DNA from: an uncultured Gemmatimonadales bacterium
GTDB lineage: Bacteria; Gemmatimonadota; Gemmatimonadetes; Gemmatimonadales; GWC2-71-9
Length of the DNA: 64,000 bases
NCBI GenBank assembly: GCA_963730185.1
Contig: CAVSQW010000012.1
Span: 192,001 to 256,000 of the forward strand
Reading direction: 5' to 3'
Made by a program: the position numbers and the translations under genes. This document shows, one piece after another, positions 40,579 to 50,541 of this stretch (positions are counted from its first letter, which is position 1; each line of letters opens with the position of its first letter). The notes under the pieces are model-generated. The model was given only the letters and a program-made list of their open reading frames with translations, was not told the DNA's origin and searched no databases.

Positions 40579-40786
40579 GGTCAAGGTCCGCAATCAGATC
40601 CGGAAACTGCGCCTCGATCGAGGCTGGACGCAGCAGGAGCTGGCCAACGCGGTTGGCGTCTCGCGCCAGAGCATCAACTCGATCGAGTGCGACCGCTACG
40701 TCCCGAGCCTGGAGTTGGCGTTGACCTTCGCAAGAGTCTTCGCCCACTCCACCGATGCGATCTTCACGCTGGAGGAAAAACGATGA
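40577..40786 (+). CDS. XRE/Cro-family HTH transcriptional regulator
   Basis: TQQELANAVGVSRQSINSIE...YVPSLELA. Confidence 0.92.
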   Translation: MVKVRNQIRKLRLDRGWTQQELANAVGVSRQSINSIECDRYVPSLELALTFARVFAHSTDAIFTLEEKR

Positions 40787-40998
40787 GCGATGTGCGCGGC
40801 CGGGTGGACGAACGCTTTCTCGCCCATCGGCTCAGGTCCACGAGTATCGCCGGTACCGCGGGCGGAGTTCTCGCCATCGCGTTGTTCATATACCACAACA
40901 CGTTCGATCACGTCTGGAACTGGGAGCTGCTCTCGATCGGCGCCACGATGGCGGTGATCAAGGTCTCACTCATGACGTGGTATCGCTTCACCCACTGA
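40783..40998 (+). CDS. Small membrane protein
   Basis: GGAGG RBS, ATGA overlap; DERF motif plus two TM segments. Confidence 0.8.
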   Translation: MSDVRGRVDERFLAHRLRSTSIAGTAGGVLAIALFIYHNTFDHVWNWELLSIGATMAVIKVSLMTWYRFTH

Positions 40999-41017
40999 CT
41001 CCGACCGGAGGATCTTC

Positions 41018-41230
41018 ATGCTGTTCCGCCATGCCTCGCAGCACCCAGACGCGCTGTTTCTTGCCGGGACGTCGTTTTTGGCCCTCGGGCTCGTCTCGCT
41101 CAACCTCCTCGGCAGGTGGACCCACTTGTCGCCGGACCTCACCGACGGCATGGGCGGGCTCTTCCTGGGAATCGCGATCAGTCTGCTGCTGCTGAGCCTG
41201 CGTATGCGCCGACGCCGGCAGGCTTCGTAG
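41018..41230 (+). CDS. Small membrane protein
   Basis: GGAGG RBS; two TM segments, basic C-terminus. Confidence 0.75.
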   Translation: MLFRHASQHPDALFLAGTSFLALGLVSLNLLGRWTHLSPDLTDGMGGLFLGIAISLLLLSLRMRRRRQAS

Positions 41231-41251
41231 TGCAAAGATCGAATACGTCCT

Positions 41252-41294
41252 GCTGACCCGGATCGCTTGCCCCGAGCCGACACCCGCCCTATCG
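41252..41294 (+). repeat. Imperfect direct repeat, copy 2
   Basis: Matches 40388-40430. Confidence 0.8.
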
Positions 41295-41338
41295 TACCAA
41301 GGTCGGAGTCGCGCCTCTTTCGCTGGGGAGGTTCGGTC

Positions 41339-42181
41339 ATGCCCCGGAGGCACCTCGAGGTTCGGCCCGTCCGCCAGGCGTTGCTTGGCGCCCTCGCGTT
41401 GGCCGGTTTCCTCCTCGTTCCGTCCTCGATCGTCGCTCAGAAGTCGGAGCCCGTGGTCAAGGGCGTCGTCCAGGACAGCGCCGGCAATCCGCTCGAAGGG
41501 GCCCACGTCCAGCTCTACGGCTCGCCCCGGTTCGAGGCCACCACCGGACCGGACGGGGCCTTCCAGTTCAGCGGGGCGCGCAACGCCCGGTACTGGCTCC
41601 TGGTCCGGCGGATCGGATTCCTGCCCCACCAGGAGAGCCTCACCCTCCAGGACGGCGAGGTCCGCGACGCGCTGGTCACCATGCAGGCGGCGCCGGTCAG
41701 CCTGCCCGAGGTGGTGGTCAAGGCCGCAGGGTCGCGGTACGACCGCCGGATGCGAGACTTCATGTGGCGGTCGCGCTCGTCGTTCGGGGGCCACTTCCTG
41801 ACCCGCGACGACATCGCCCGCTATGACCCCGCCCGGCTCGGCGACCTGGTGATCCGCTACCTCCCCTTCAAGCGAAGCTGGACGCTCGACTACCCCGGCG
41901 GCTGGGGCAACAACGGGCTCACCGGAACCGTCATGGACGTGGGCCGCTTCACCCGGCACCGGAACTACCAGCCCGACTGCTCGCCGGCCGTTGCCCTGAA
42001 CGGAGGTCCGGTGAGCCTGGGCGTGGCGGTCAACGACTTCCAGCCCGAAAACATCGAGGCCCTGGAGGTCTACAAGGAGGGGTCCGACCTGCCGATCGAA
42101 TACACCTTCGGCAACCGAACCAGCTGCGGCCTGGTAGTGATCTGGCTCCGGTCCTACGCTCAGGTCACGCCGGACAGCTGA
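41339..42181 (+). CDS. Secreted protein with carboxypeptidase-regulatory-like domain and plug-like C-terminus
   Basis: GVVQDSAGNPLEGA, RRIGF, LPEVVV, IEALEVY, CGLVVIW; GGAGG RBS. Confidence 0.8.
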   Translation: MPRRHLEVRPVRQALLGALALAGFLLVPSSIVAQKSEPVVKGVVQDSAGNPLEGAHVQLYGSPRFEATTGPDGAFQFSGARNARYWLLVRRIGFLPHQESLTLQDGEVRDALVTMQAAPVSLPEVVVKAAGSRYDRRMRDFMWRSRSSFGGHFLTRDDIARYDPARLGDLVIRYLPFKRSWTLDYPGGWGNNGLTGTVMDVGRFTRHRNYQPDCSPAVALNGGPVSLGVAVNDFQPENIEALEVYKEGSDLPIEYTFGNRTSCGLVVIWLRSYAQVTPDS

Positions 42182-42299
42182 GCGCCGCCGGCCGGCCCAG
42201 CTGGAGAACCCGAGGAGACCTCGGTGCCGCCGGCCCCCGCTGGCCTCCAGGTACCGACCGGATTACCCTCCGTGCTGGCCCTGCTTCTAGGAGTGAACC

Positions 42300-42758
42300 G
42301 TGTCCATTTCTCGCCGCCAATTCCTGGTCGATGCCGCCCTCGCCGGCGTGGCGACCGCGGTGCTGCCCCGCCTGCTCGTGGCTCAAAGTCAGCCAACGCT
42401 GCTGGTCTACAAGGACCCGAGCTGCGGCTGCTGCACCAAGTGGGTCGACCACATGAAGGAGAATGGCTTCGCGGTGTCGGTTCAGCACACCACGAACATG
42501 GGGCAGATCAAGGCGCGCTACCACGTCGCCGACCGGCTCCAAAGCTGCCACACCGCCATCAGCGGCGGGTACGTCATCGAGGGACACGTCCCGGCCGACG
42601 ACGTGAAGCGGCTCCTCAAGGAAAAGCCGAAAGTCACCGGCCTCACGATTCCCGGGATGCCGGCCAGCGCCCCCGGCATGGACATGACGCCCCACCAGCC
42701 GTTCACGGTCCTGGCGTTCGACGCGTCGGGCAAGACCTCAGTCTACGCCAAGCACTAG
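42300..42758 (+). CDS. DUF411 metal-binding protein with Tat signal
   Basis: SRRQFL; KDPSCGCC, SCHT, EGHVPA, PGMP. Confidence 0.9.
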   Translation: MSISRRQFLVDAALAGVATAVLPRLLVAQSQPTLLVYKDPSCGCCTKWVDHMKENGFAVSVQHTTNMGQIKARYHVADRLQSCHTAISGGYVIEGHVPADDVKRLLKEKPKVTGLTIPGMPASAPGMDMTPHQPFTVLAFDASGKTSVYAKH

Positions 42759-42770
42759 GCCCCGCCAGCA

Positions 42771-45239
42771 TCACTCCGCCCGGAGTGCGGTAACCGGATC
42801 GATCCCGGCGGCGCGCCGGGCGGGGAGATAGCTCGCCAGCAGGACCACGCCCGCGATGATCGCGGCGACGCCGCCGTAGGTCAGCGGATCGAACGGGCGA
42901 ACCCCGTAGAGCAGCGACGCCATCAGTCGGCTCAGGACGAAGGCCGCCACCAGCCCGACGGCGAGCCCGATCGCGGCGACGACCGCCGCCTGGCGCACGA
43001 CCATGCCGCGCACCTCACCGGGGCGAGCCCCGAGCGCGATTCGGACCCCGATTTCCCGAGTCCGCTGCGCCACGATATACGAGATCACCCCGTAGATCCC
43101 CACCAGCCCCAGGATCAGGGCGACCAGCGCGGCGATCGCCAGCATCACCATCGCGAACGACGCCCGGGCCATCGAGTGTCGCACCAGGGCGCCCAGCGTG
43201 GTCACCCGAGCAATGGCCAGGTCCCGGTTCACCGACCAGACCGCGCTCCGGATCTCGGGCAGGAGGCTCGGCACTCGCTCCCGGGACGCTCGGACCACCA
43301 CGTTGAAGCCGCGCGGCACGAACAAGCTCTCGTCCCAGAAGTGTGCCAGCGCCATCGGCCAGTAGATCAGCGGCGGAGCGGGCTGGCTCACCCCGGCGTC
43401 GCGCACGTCGGCTACGACCCCGACGACTTGGTACCAGACCGGCGTCGCCCCGATGAAGTCGCGGATCCGCCGGCCGATGGCCGCGGTCGGGTCGCCCCAG
43501 TACTGCCGAGCCACGCGCTCGCTCACCACCACCACCTTGGCCCGCTGGGACACGTCGTCCCAGGTGAGCATCCGGCCGGCCAGGAGGGGCGTCCCCAGCG
43601 TCTCCAGGTAACCCGGCGAGCTGAAGACGAACCGCATCAGGGGCGGGAGCTTCTCCTGCGCGGCCTCCTGGTCTTCGACCAGAATGGGGCTGTTCGATCC
43701 GGTGCCGCCGTCGAGGGCTAGCTTCGAGGAGCCACCCGCGGAGGTGACGCCCGGGATCTGCTCCAAGCGGGCGAGCAGCGTCCGCTCCAGCTCGGCCACG
43801 TCGCCCGACTGGGCGACTTCGGCCGAGGGGACGTCGACCCGGAAGGTCAGGACCTCGTCGGGACGCCGCACACCGGGATCCACGTGACGAAGCGCCAGAA
43901 CGCTCCGGACCATGAGCCCCGAGCCAATCAGGAGCACCAGCGCGAGGGCGACCTGCACCACCACCAGGCCATTTCGGATTCGATGACGTTCCCGGCCGCC
44001 GCTCGAGCCGCGACCGCCTTCCTTGAGCCCGGCGATCAGGTTGGGGCGGCCGTAGCGCAGCGCCGGCATCAGCCCGAAGAGGAGCCCCGCCAGGAGCGAC
44101 ACGGCGGCGGTGAAGCCCAAGACCGGGCCGTCGATGCCGATCGCCCCGAGACGCGGGAGGTCCGGCCCCAGCGTGAGGAGGAGCCGGAGCCCGCCATAGG
44201 CCAGCCCCACGCCGACCGTGCCGGCAATGAGACCGAGCACCAGACTCTCGGTCACGAACCCGCCGACGATCCGACCGCGGCTGGCCCCGAGCGCCGTCCT
44301 CACGGCCATCTCACGCTGGCGCCCCTCGGCCTGGACCATGAAGAGGTTGGCGACGTTGGCGCAGGCCAACAACAGCACGATCCCCACCGTGCCGAGCAGC
44401 ACCCAGAGCATCGGCCCAACGTCGCCCACCACATCGTCCTTGAGGGGACGAACCGCCGACCGGAATCCCGCCTGGTGGAACTGATCGAGCGACACCGGCC
44501 CGGGATAGCGGGCGACCTCGCGCGGCAGGATCCGGTCGAGCTCCTGATTAGCCTGCTCGATGGTCACGCCCGGGGCCAGTCGCGCCATGCCGGGGTAGTT
44601 GAAGCCGGCCATGATGGCGTGGGCCGGGTCCAGCTGGGCGGCGAGATAGAGATCGGCACGGTGCTCCAGGATCTGGAAACTTTCGGGCAGGACGCCGATG
44701 ACCTCGAAGGCGCGGCCATCGATGGTGAGGCTCCTGCCCACCACATCCTTTCGTCCCGCGAACCGGCGCTGCCAGTACCCGTAGCTCAGCACGGTAGTGA
44801 GCGGGCCGCCGGGCACGTCGTCGGCCGGGCCAAACACCCGGCCGATCAACGGAACGGCGCCGAGAAGCGGAAGGGTCCGCTCGGTCACAGCGATGGCCGG
44901 CACCCGCTCCGGCTCACCCGATCCGGTGATGGTGACCTCGTCGTCTTCCATCAGCCCGAGGTCCTGGATGGTGTGCGCTTCCGCTCGGTAGGTGAAGTAA
45001 TCGCCTGGCGAGAGATTGAGCCGGTCGGAGGACAGGTTGGGCGCCAGGTGTCCCACTCCGACCAGCCGCTCGGCATTGGGATAGGGCAACCCCCGAAGAA
45101 GCACGCCGTCGACCACGCTGAAAATCGCGGCGTTGGCGCCGATCCCCACGGCCAGGGTGATCACGGCGATCGTGGTAAAGACCGGCGCGCGGCGGAGCCG
45201 CCGAACCGCCAGGCGGATCTGGCTCCTCAGCTCGGACAT
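42771..45239 (-). CDS. ADOP-type duplicated ABC permease (MacB-PCD/FtsX)
   Basis: TLAVGIGANAAIFS, ACANVANL, REMAVRTALGA, RTREIGVRIALGA, DPVTALRAE. Confidence 0.92.
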   Translation of the reverse strand: MSELRSQIRLAVRRLRRAPVFTTIAVITLAVGIGANAAIFSVVDGVLLRGLPYPNAERLVGVGHLAPNLSSDRLNLSPGDYFTYRAEAHTIQDLGLMEDDEVTITGSGEPERVPAIAVTERTLPLLGAVPLIGRVFGPADDVPGGPLTTVLSYGYWQRRFAGRKDVVGRSLTIDGRAFEVIGVLPESFQILEHRADLYLAAQLDPAHAIMAGFNYPGMARLAPGVTIEQANQELDRILPREVARYPGPVSLDQFHQAGFRSAVRPLKDDVVGDVGPMLWVLLGTVGIVLLLACANVANLFMVQAEGRQREMAVRTALGASRGRIVGGFVTESLVLGLIAGTVGVGLAYGGLRLLLTLGPDLPRLGAIGIDGPVLGFTAAVSLLAGLLFGLMPALRYGRPNLIAGLKEGGRGSSGGRERHRIRNGLVVVQVALALVLLIGSGLMVRSVLALRHVDPGVRRPDEVLTFRVDVPSAEVAQSGDVAELERTLLARLEQIPGVTSAGGSSKLALDGGTGSNSPILVEDQEAAQEKLPPLMRFVFSSPGYLETLGTPLLAGRMLTWDDVSQRAKVVVVSERVARQYWGDPTAAIGRRIRDFIGATPVWYQVVGVVADVRDAGVSQPAPPLIYWPMALAHFWDESLFVPRGFNVVVRASRERVPSLLPEIRSAVWSVNRDLAIARVTTLGALVRHSMARASFAMVMLAIAALVALILGLVGIYGVISYIVAQRTREIGVRIALGARPGEVRGMVVRQAAVVAAIGLAVGLVAAFVLSRLMASLLYGVRPFDPLTYGGVAAIIAGVVLLASYLPARRAAGIDPVTALRAE

Positions 45240-45320
45240 CGGGACCTCGGGGGCGGAGACCCCGTGCTGTACGTCGATCGCGCCCGCCCGGTTTCGACCT
45301 CAAACCGGGGTAACGACGAA

Positions 45321-45344
45321 GAAGGCGGCCGGTCGGCCGCCTTC
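45321..45344 (-). terminator. Hairpin downstream of the LVIVD gene, probable terminator
   Basis: gaaggcggcc/ggccgccttc 10-bp stem; weak U tail. Confidence 0.55.
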
Positions 45345-45370
45345 TCGTTCGGACTGATTGCCGCGCGAGG

Positions 45371-46780
45371 TCAGCGCCCGCCCGCTCCGGTCGCCATCCG
45401 GCCGCCGGCCCCGCCGGTCGGGCCGTTGTTCCAATCCTGCGAGCTGGAGAGGTTGGGCATTCCCCAGTCGTTGCCGTTCCAGCCGTCGAAGCCCTCGAGC
45501 TTGAAGGCCCAGAAGCCGGTGTTCGAGTCGCTGATCACGATCAGGCCGTCGTAGTCGCGGACCTTGATCCCGAAGGCGCCGTTGAAGACGCTCTCGCCTT
45601 CCCAGGCCGGAACGCCGCCGAAGCCCTTGTTGTGGATGCACTGGCAGGTGAAGTACCAGCCCATCGTGAAGGGATTCTCGGGATCGGTCATGTTGAAGAC
45701 CTGGAGCCCGTCCTCGTAAGCGGAGACGAAGACGTAGGGCCACTTGATCTCGTGGTTGTGTGAGAGCGCGTGCCAGTCGGCGGTCCAGGCGCCGACCGGG
45801 CGTCCGATCGAGTTGACCCGGCCCTCGAGCCCCGGCCGGAGGTCGAACAGCCGGAGCGGCGCGTACTGATACTCGGCCTCGGTCACCGCGAACTTACCGT
45901 CGGGGGTCGGAGTGAAGGTGTGGCCGTTGGTGACGCCCGACGCGCCCACGATCTGGGTGACCAGCTTGGGCTCTTCCTTGCCGATGTTGGTCACGTCGTA
46001 GATGAAGTACCCGCCCCGGCCCGCGCCGTAGAACTTGTCCTGGTGGGTCGAGGGGTCGTACTGCACCTGGAAGTCGTGGAAACCGTAGTTGCCGAGGGCG
46101 GTGTTGGCGTTCCGGGGAATCGGCACCCGCCCGATCATCCAGGTGTTCTCCGGGGCGCCCGAGACCACTTTCTCCATGTCGTACACGTTGGCGTAAGGTC
46201 CGCCGATCGTGGTGAAGAGCAGGACCCGGCCGTCGGAGTGCTTGTAGGTGAAGATGTTGTGGAACCCGCCCAGGTACTCCTTCTCCCGAATCCGGGCCAC
46301 GATCCGGATCTTGCTGGTGTCCGGCAGGCTGGTGACGTCGGCCACCACCGCGCCCAGGTCGGAGTCGGGGCCGCTCTGGCCGAACTGGAGCGACTGCACG
46401 TAGTAGTACTTGCCCTTGAGCTTGAAGTACTTCCCGTCCATGCCGCCGGTCCCGCCGTGCAGCTCGGGGTTCTCGATCACCCAGCTGTAGATCTTCTTGA
46501 ACTGGTAGTCCTTGGTCGAGATGATGGTGAAGCCTTGGCGGTCCCGGCTCTGGGACACGTAGGTGTACGGCCGGCCCGGCTCCTGCTCGATCTCGTTGTC
46601 CATCACCCGGAAGAAGCCGCCGAGGGGGATGTGCGCGAGGACCTTGAGGTTGGGACTACCGCCCACCTTGTACTGGACCGGCTGCTGGGTCCATTGAGCG
46701 GAAGCGCTCGCACCGCCCAGCAGGGCGCCCAGCAGGGCCAGCCCGAGCGCGCGGGCAGCAGTTCGACTGCGCGTGACCAT
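45371..46780 (-). CDS. Secreted LVIVD-repeat beta-propeller protein
   Basis: Signal peptide; GFHNIF, GFHDFQ, NGHT, SHNHE, SAYEDGLQVF, SDSNTGFW. Confidence 0.8.
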   Translation of the reverse strand: MVTRSRTAARALGLALLGALLGGASASAQWTQQPVQYKVGGSPNLKVLAHIPLGGFFRVMDNEIEQEPGRPYTYVSQSRDRQGFTIISTKDYQFKKIYSWVIENPELHGGTGGMDGKYFKLKGKYYYVQSLQFGQSGPDSDLGAVVADVTSLPDTSKIRIVARIREKEYLGGFHNIFTYKHSDGRVLLFTTIGGPYANVYDMEKVVSGAPENTWMIGRVPIPRNANTALGNYGFHDFQVQYDPSTHQDKFYGAGRGGYFIYDVTNIGKEEPKLVTQIVGASGVTNGHTFTPTPDGKFAVTEAEYQYAPLRLFDLRPGLEGRVNSIGRPVGAWTADWHALSHNHEIKWPYVFVSAYEDGLQVFNMTDPENPFTMGWYFTCQCIHNKGFGGVPAWEGESVFNGAFGIKVRDYDGLIVISDSNTGFWAFKLEGFDGWNGNDWGMPNLSSSQDWNNGPTGGAGGRMATGAGGR

Positions 46781-46856
46781 GACGTGTCCTCGTCGGAATG
46801 TGGTTGGGATTCGGAATTGTATACCTACCGTCCGGCCCAGCGACTGTCAAGCAGCC

Positions 46857-48572
46857 TCAGGGGTCCACCTGGAAGGCCATCATCATCCCGGCCTCGAGGT
46901 GCTCGGCGATGTGACAATGGGCCATCCACCGCCCCGGATTGGTCAGCTCCAACAGGAAGTCGACCGTCTGGCCCACCGGGAGGAGGATGGTATCGCGCCA
47001 GGCCAGGTTCTCCTCGGGGATCCCGTTCCGGGCCAGGATCAGGAGCCGCTGGCCGTGGAAGTGGATCGGGTGGCTCATCGGGTGCATCGAGAGGGCGTCG
47101 TTGGTCATCCGGATCTTGACCACATCGCCCTTCTTGAAGTGCCACCCGATGTCCATGTTCTCCTCCTTGGTGTCCTGGTCCCGCATGATCCAGTGCACAT
47201 CGGCGGCGGTGGACACCCAGTTCATCTCCGGCATCCCGTCGGCCCACTCCTGGGGCGGGAAGTACATCGTGTCCACCGACATGAACGCGGTGATCAAAAT
47301 GGGGAGCCCCTGGATGTTCACTGTGAGCAGCAGGTGCTTGTCCGGGGCCTTGTCGAAATACTTCCGGTAGGGCTCCACCTCGTCGGACACCGCTTTCACG
47401 GCACGCAGGGCGGTGAACTCCTTGGCGTAGCTCTTGGGGCCGGCCGACCTGCCCACCGTCACCAGCCCCAGGGTGTCGACCGAGGACTGGAACTCGCCGA
47501 AGAAGTTGTTCAAGGCCTGAACCTGGTTCACGATCGCGTAGGTGCCGGGTTGATCGAACTTCACCTCGGCCACGTACCGCTGGGCCGGCGCGATCACCAC
47601 CGAGGGCACCATCTGCTCCTGCTCGAACCGGCTGATGTCGGCGGCGATCAGCTTGATCGGGTTCCCCCCGAAGCTCAGGTTCATGGTCCGGGCGTTGGCC
47701 ACGTTGGTGAGGAGAAACCGCACCACGTCGCCCTTGTTCACCGACAGTTGGTAGTTCGGCTCGCCGTTCACCAGGAAGACGTTCCCGAACCGGCCCATGA
47801 TCGAGTAGTTGCCGACATTCTGCCCGTAAGGCAGGACGCCGTGGTCGTCCATCAGGAGGTCGTCCAGCATCAGGACCTCCTCCCGGTTGACCGGGCTGTA
47901 GTACCCGGGATCGGGGGAGTCGACCATCAGGTTGCCGTAGAGACCCTGGTCCTGCTGGATGTCCTCCCGCACGTGCGGGTGATACCAGTAGATCCCGGCG
48001 TCGGGGAACCTGATGTGGTAGACGAACGAGCCGCCGGGCGGCACCGGATCCTGGGTGACCCCGGGCACGCCGTCGGAGCGGTTGTCGATCCGGATGCCGT
48101 GCCAGTGAACGGTGGACGGCTGGTCGATCCTGTTGAGAAACCGCACGGTGATCTGGGATGCCTGCTTCACCCGGAACAGCGGGCCGGGATACTGCCCGTC
48201 GAAGCCGTACATCACATAGGTCTTACCGTTGATGGTGCGGCGGACGAAGCCGGCCGTGAGGTCGACCGAGTCGCCGTCGGCCACCTCCACCAGCTTGCGA
48301 GGTACGGCTGCCGGCACCGACGCGGGATCCATTCCGTCGCCGGGGAGGTAGGGCTTGATCCTCGGGGCGATCCCTGCCATGCCCGGGATCATCGGCATCT
48401 TCATGCCCTTGGGCATGGGTGGCATCCGGTCGGGGCCGGCGCCGTGATCCATGTGCTGCATGTCGTGCTGCCGATGGGTGGTATCGGCCTGCGCCGCCAC
48501 CTGGCCCGCGCCCATCAGCGTCGCGACGACCAGCATCGCCGCGGTCGAGGGCCCGCGGCCCGCTCGCCTCAC
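46857..48572 (-). CDS. Multicopper oxidase
   Basis: HWHG, WYHPH, HPIHFHG, HCHIAEHLEAGMM; His/Met-rich N-terminus. Confidence 0.93.
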   Translation of the reverse strand: MRRAGRGPSTAAMLVVATLMGAGQVAAQADTTHRQHDMQHMDHGAGPDRMPPMPKGMKMPMIPGMAGIAPRIKPYLPGDGMDPASVPAAVPRKLVEVADGDSVDLTAGFVRRTINGKTYVMYGFDGQYPGPLFRVKQASQITVRFLNRIDQPSTVHWHGIRIDNRSDGVPGVTQDPVPPGGSFVYHIRFPDAGIYWYHPHVREDIQQDQGLYGNLMVDSPDPGYYSPVNREEVLMLDDLLMDDHGVLPYGQNVGNYSIMGRFGNVFLVNGEPNYQLSVNKGDVVRFLLTNVANARTMNLSFGGNPIKLIAADISRFEQEQMVPSVVIAPAQRYVAEVKFDQPGTYAIVNQVQALNNFFGEFQSSVDTLGLVTVGRSAGPKSYAKEFTALRAVKAVSDEVEPYRKYFDKAPDKHLLLTVNIQGLPILITAFMSVDTMYFPPQEWADGMPEMNWVSTAADVHWIMRDQDTKEENMDIGWHFKKGDVVKIRMTNDALSMHPMSHPIHFHGQRLLILARNGIPEENLAWRDTILLPVGQTVDFLLELTNPGRWMAHCHIAEHLEAGMMMAFQVDP

Positions 48573-49078
48573 CGCGGCACCCCGCCGTTGAACATCTCTT
48601 CACTGGAGAAGTTGGAGAGATAGCTCGACGGAGACCGGCCCCGCAGCACGATCGGCCCCGCCCACTTCTCGCCGTCCGGTGTCGCCTCGGCCGTCACGAT
48701 CACCATGTACTTGTTCATCGCCACCTTGCCCTTGACGGACCCGCCGGCCTGGAAGGCGCCGATCCGGACGACCTTGCTCAAGTCGTTCGAGGTGATCCAG
48801 GCGACGTACGTATGATAGGCCGGGCCGAACGCGGCGACCGGCGGCAGCGTGGCGGCCTCGACCTCGATGTTGAAGATGAAGTACCCGTCTTCGGTCATCG
48901 CCAGCCCGAACGGCGAGCGGGCGGGGGTGAGCTTGGCCTTGCCCTCCATCCGAGAAGAAGGCCCCACACCTTCGAGCGGGATCTCGTAGAGATCGGGGCG
49001 GAAGGCGCCGGTCAGGGTTACCAGACCGACCATGAGCACGACTCGTCTGGCGAGCCGGCCGAACACGAGGATTGTCAT
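48569..49078 (-). CDS. Hypothetical exported protein
   Basis: N-terminal hydrophobic segment; stop overlaps the oxidase start (GTGA). Confidence 0.75.
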   Translation of the reverse strand: MTILVFGRLARRVVLMVGLVTLTGAFRPDLYEIPLEGVGPSSRMEGKAKLTPARSPFGLAMTEDGYFIFNIEVEAATLPPVAAFGPAYHTYVAWITSNDLSKVVRIGAFQAGGSVKGKVAMNKYMVIVTAEATPDGEKWAGPIVLRGRSPSSYLSNFSSEEMFNGGVPR

Positions 49079-49460
49079 GTGGGAAACCCTGCTCGGAGAA
49101 GCCGGAAAGGTGTACCGTACCCAGGAAAACGCCGGGGTGTCAAGCGAGGCTGGCCGGACCCCGGTGGTCAGACCCGGGCCGGCCGGTCTTGCACCCCGGC
49201 AACCGGCGACGAACTGCAGTCCTGCCCGTCCGGATGAGGCGAAGGCTGGGGATGATGACCGCCGCCGGCGACGCGGCGAAACCTCGTTCCTGATCGTTAG
49301 GCATCATAGCCGAGGGAACCGGGCAGGCTCAAGGAATTCAAGTCGGGTCGCAGACGCCACGTCTCGAGTGCTTCGTCCCGAGCCTCGTCGCGAGGCTGCT
49401 CGTGGCGTGCCGTACGAGGAGCGGCCCTGCCCAGCCGAACCGAGGCGGCGGGCCGCGGCG

Positions 49461-50540
49461 TCAGGCGGATGGGGCTGCTGCCGGCGCCGAGGCGAGCACC
49501 ACTTTGCCCGTCCTGCCGCCCCGGCGCTGCGCCCCGAGCGCCCGCCTGAACTCGTTCAACCGGAACCGGGCAGCGACCGGCAGGAGCTCTGGCTCCGACG
49601 CCAGCAGCGCCCAGCATTCGGCCATGGCAGCGGCGAGCGTCTCGGGCGAGGTGCCTGCGGTCCAGGCGTCGATGCCGAAGCCCTGCCAGAGGAGGTGGCG
49701 ATCCAGCACGGTCGCCGCCCGGAACTCGAAGGGACGGTCGTCGAGCACGCCGTACGAGATCAACCGGCCGCCCGGCGTTGCCGCCGCGATCAGATCGAGC
49801 GTCGTCGGCCCGCCCACCGCATCCAGCACCAGGTCGAAGCCGGGCTGGCCCTGCAGCGCTTCGGCCACGGTTGCGCCGTGCGCAACTGGCTCGTCGCGCT
49901 CGCCATCGAGTAGGGCGTAGCCGCCTGCTTCGCGCGCCAGGCGATGCAACGCCAGGCCCCGGCGTCGCGCGAGGGCGGCCAGGATCCTGACGACGGTGGA
50001 GCGCCCGGCCGTCGCGAGGATCCGCGCGCCGCGAACCGGCCGGCCCATGTCGAGCAGGCCCCATGCCGTCGGCGGGTTGAGGGCGAACTGGCATGCCAGC
50101 TCGTCGGGAATGCTGGCCGAGAGGGAGGCCGGAACGGGATGGGCTCGGGCGGCCGGAACCACCGCGAACTCCGCCCAGGCACCTGGCGACCGAAAGGCCA
50201 CGCGCTGACCGCGTGCCAGGCCCTTCACGTCTTCGCCCACCTCGGTCACCACCCCGACGCCATCGAAGCCGGCGATCTGGGGAAAGCGCGGCTGCACACG
50301 GTAGCGGCCGGCGATGAACATCAGATCCGCGGGCTGCAGGCAGCGGGCGAGCACGTTGACCATCGCCTCGCCGGCACCGGGGCTGGGAATCGGCAGGTCG
50401 CGAAGGGCGAGCACCTGCTCGGCCGGACCCGTCCGCTCGAAGACGACGGCTTCCATGCCTGGATTTCCATCCGGGGTTGCGATCGCGCCGGCGACCCGGT
50501 GCACGGTCTTCCGGTTGTGGGTGTCGGGCACGAACGTCAC
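49461..50540 (-). CDS. MDR-family (quinone/enoyl) oxidoreductase; alternative start 50456
   Basis: PGAGE, AGFDGVGVV, GAWAE, NPPTA, LDAVGG, GKVVL. Confidence 0.88.
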   Translation of the reverse strand: MTFVPDTHNRKTVHRVAGAIATPDGNPGMEAVVFERTGPAEQVLALRDLPIPSPGAGEAMVNVLARCLQPADLMFIAGRYRVQPRFPQIAGFDGVGVVTEVGEDVKGLARGQRVAFRSPGAWAEFAVVPAARAHPVPASLSASIPDELACQFALNPPTAWGLLDMGRPVRGARILATAGRSTVVRILAALARRRGLALHRLAREAGGYALLDGERDEPVAHGATVAEALQGQPGFDLVLDAVGGPTTLDLIAAATPGGRLISYGVLDDRPFEFRAATVLDRHLLWQGFGIDAWTAGTSPETLAAAMAECWALLASEPELLPVAARFRLNEFRRALGAQRRGGRTGKVVLASAPAAAPSA

Positions 50541-50541
50541 G

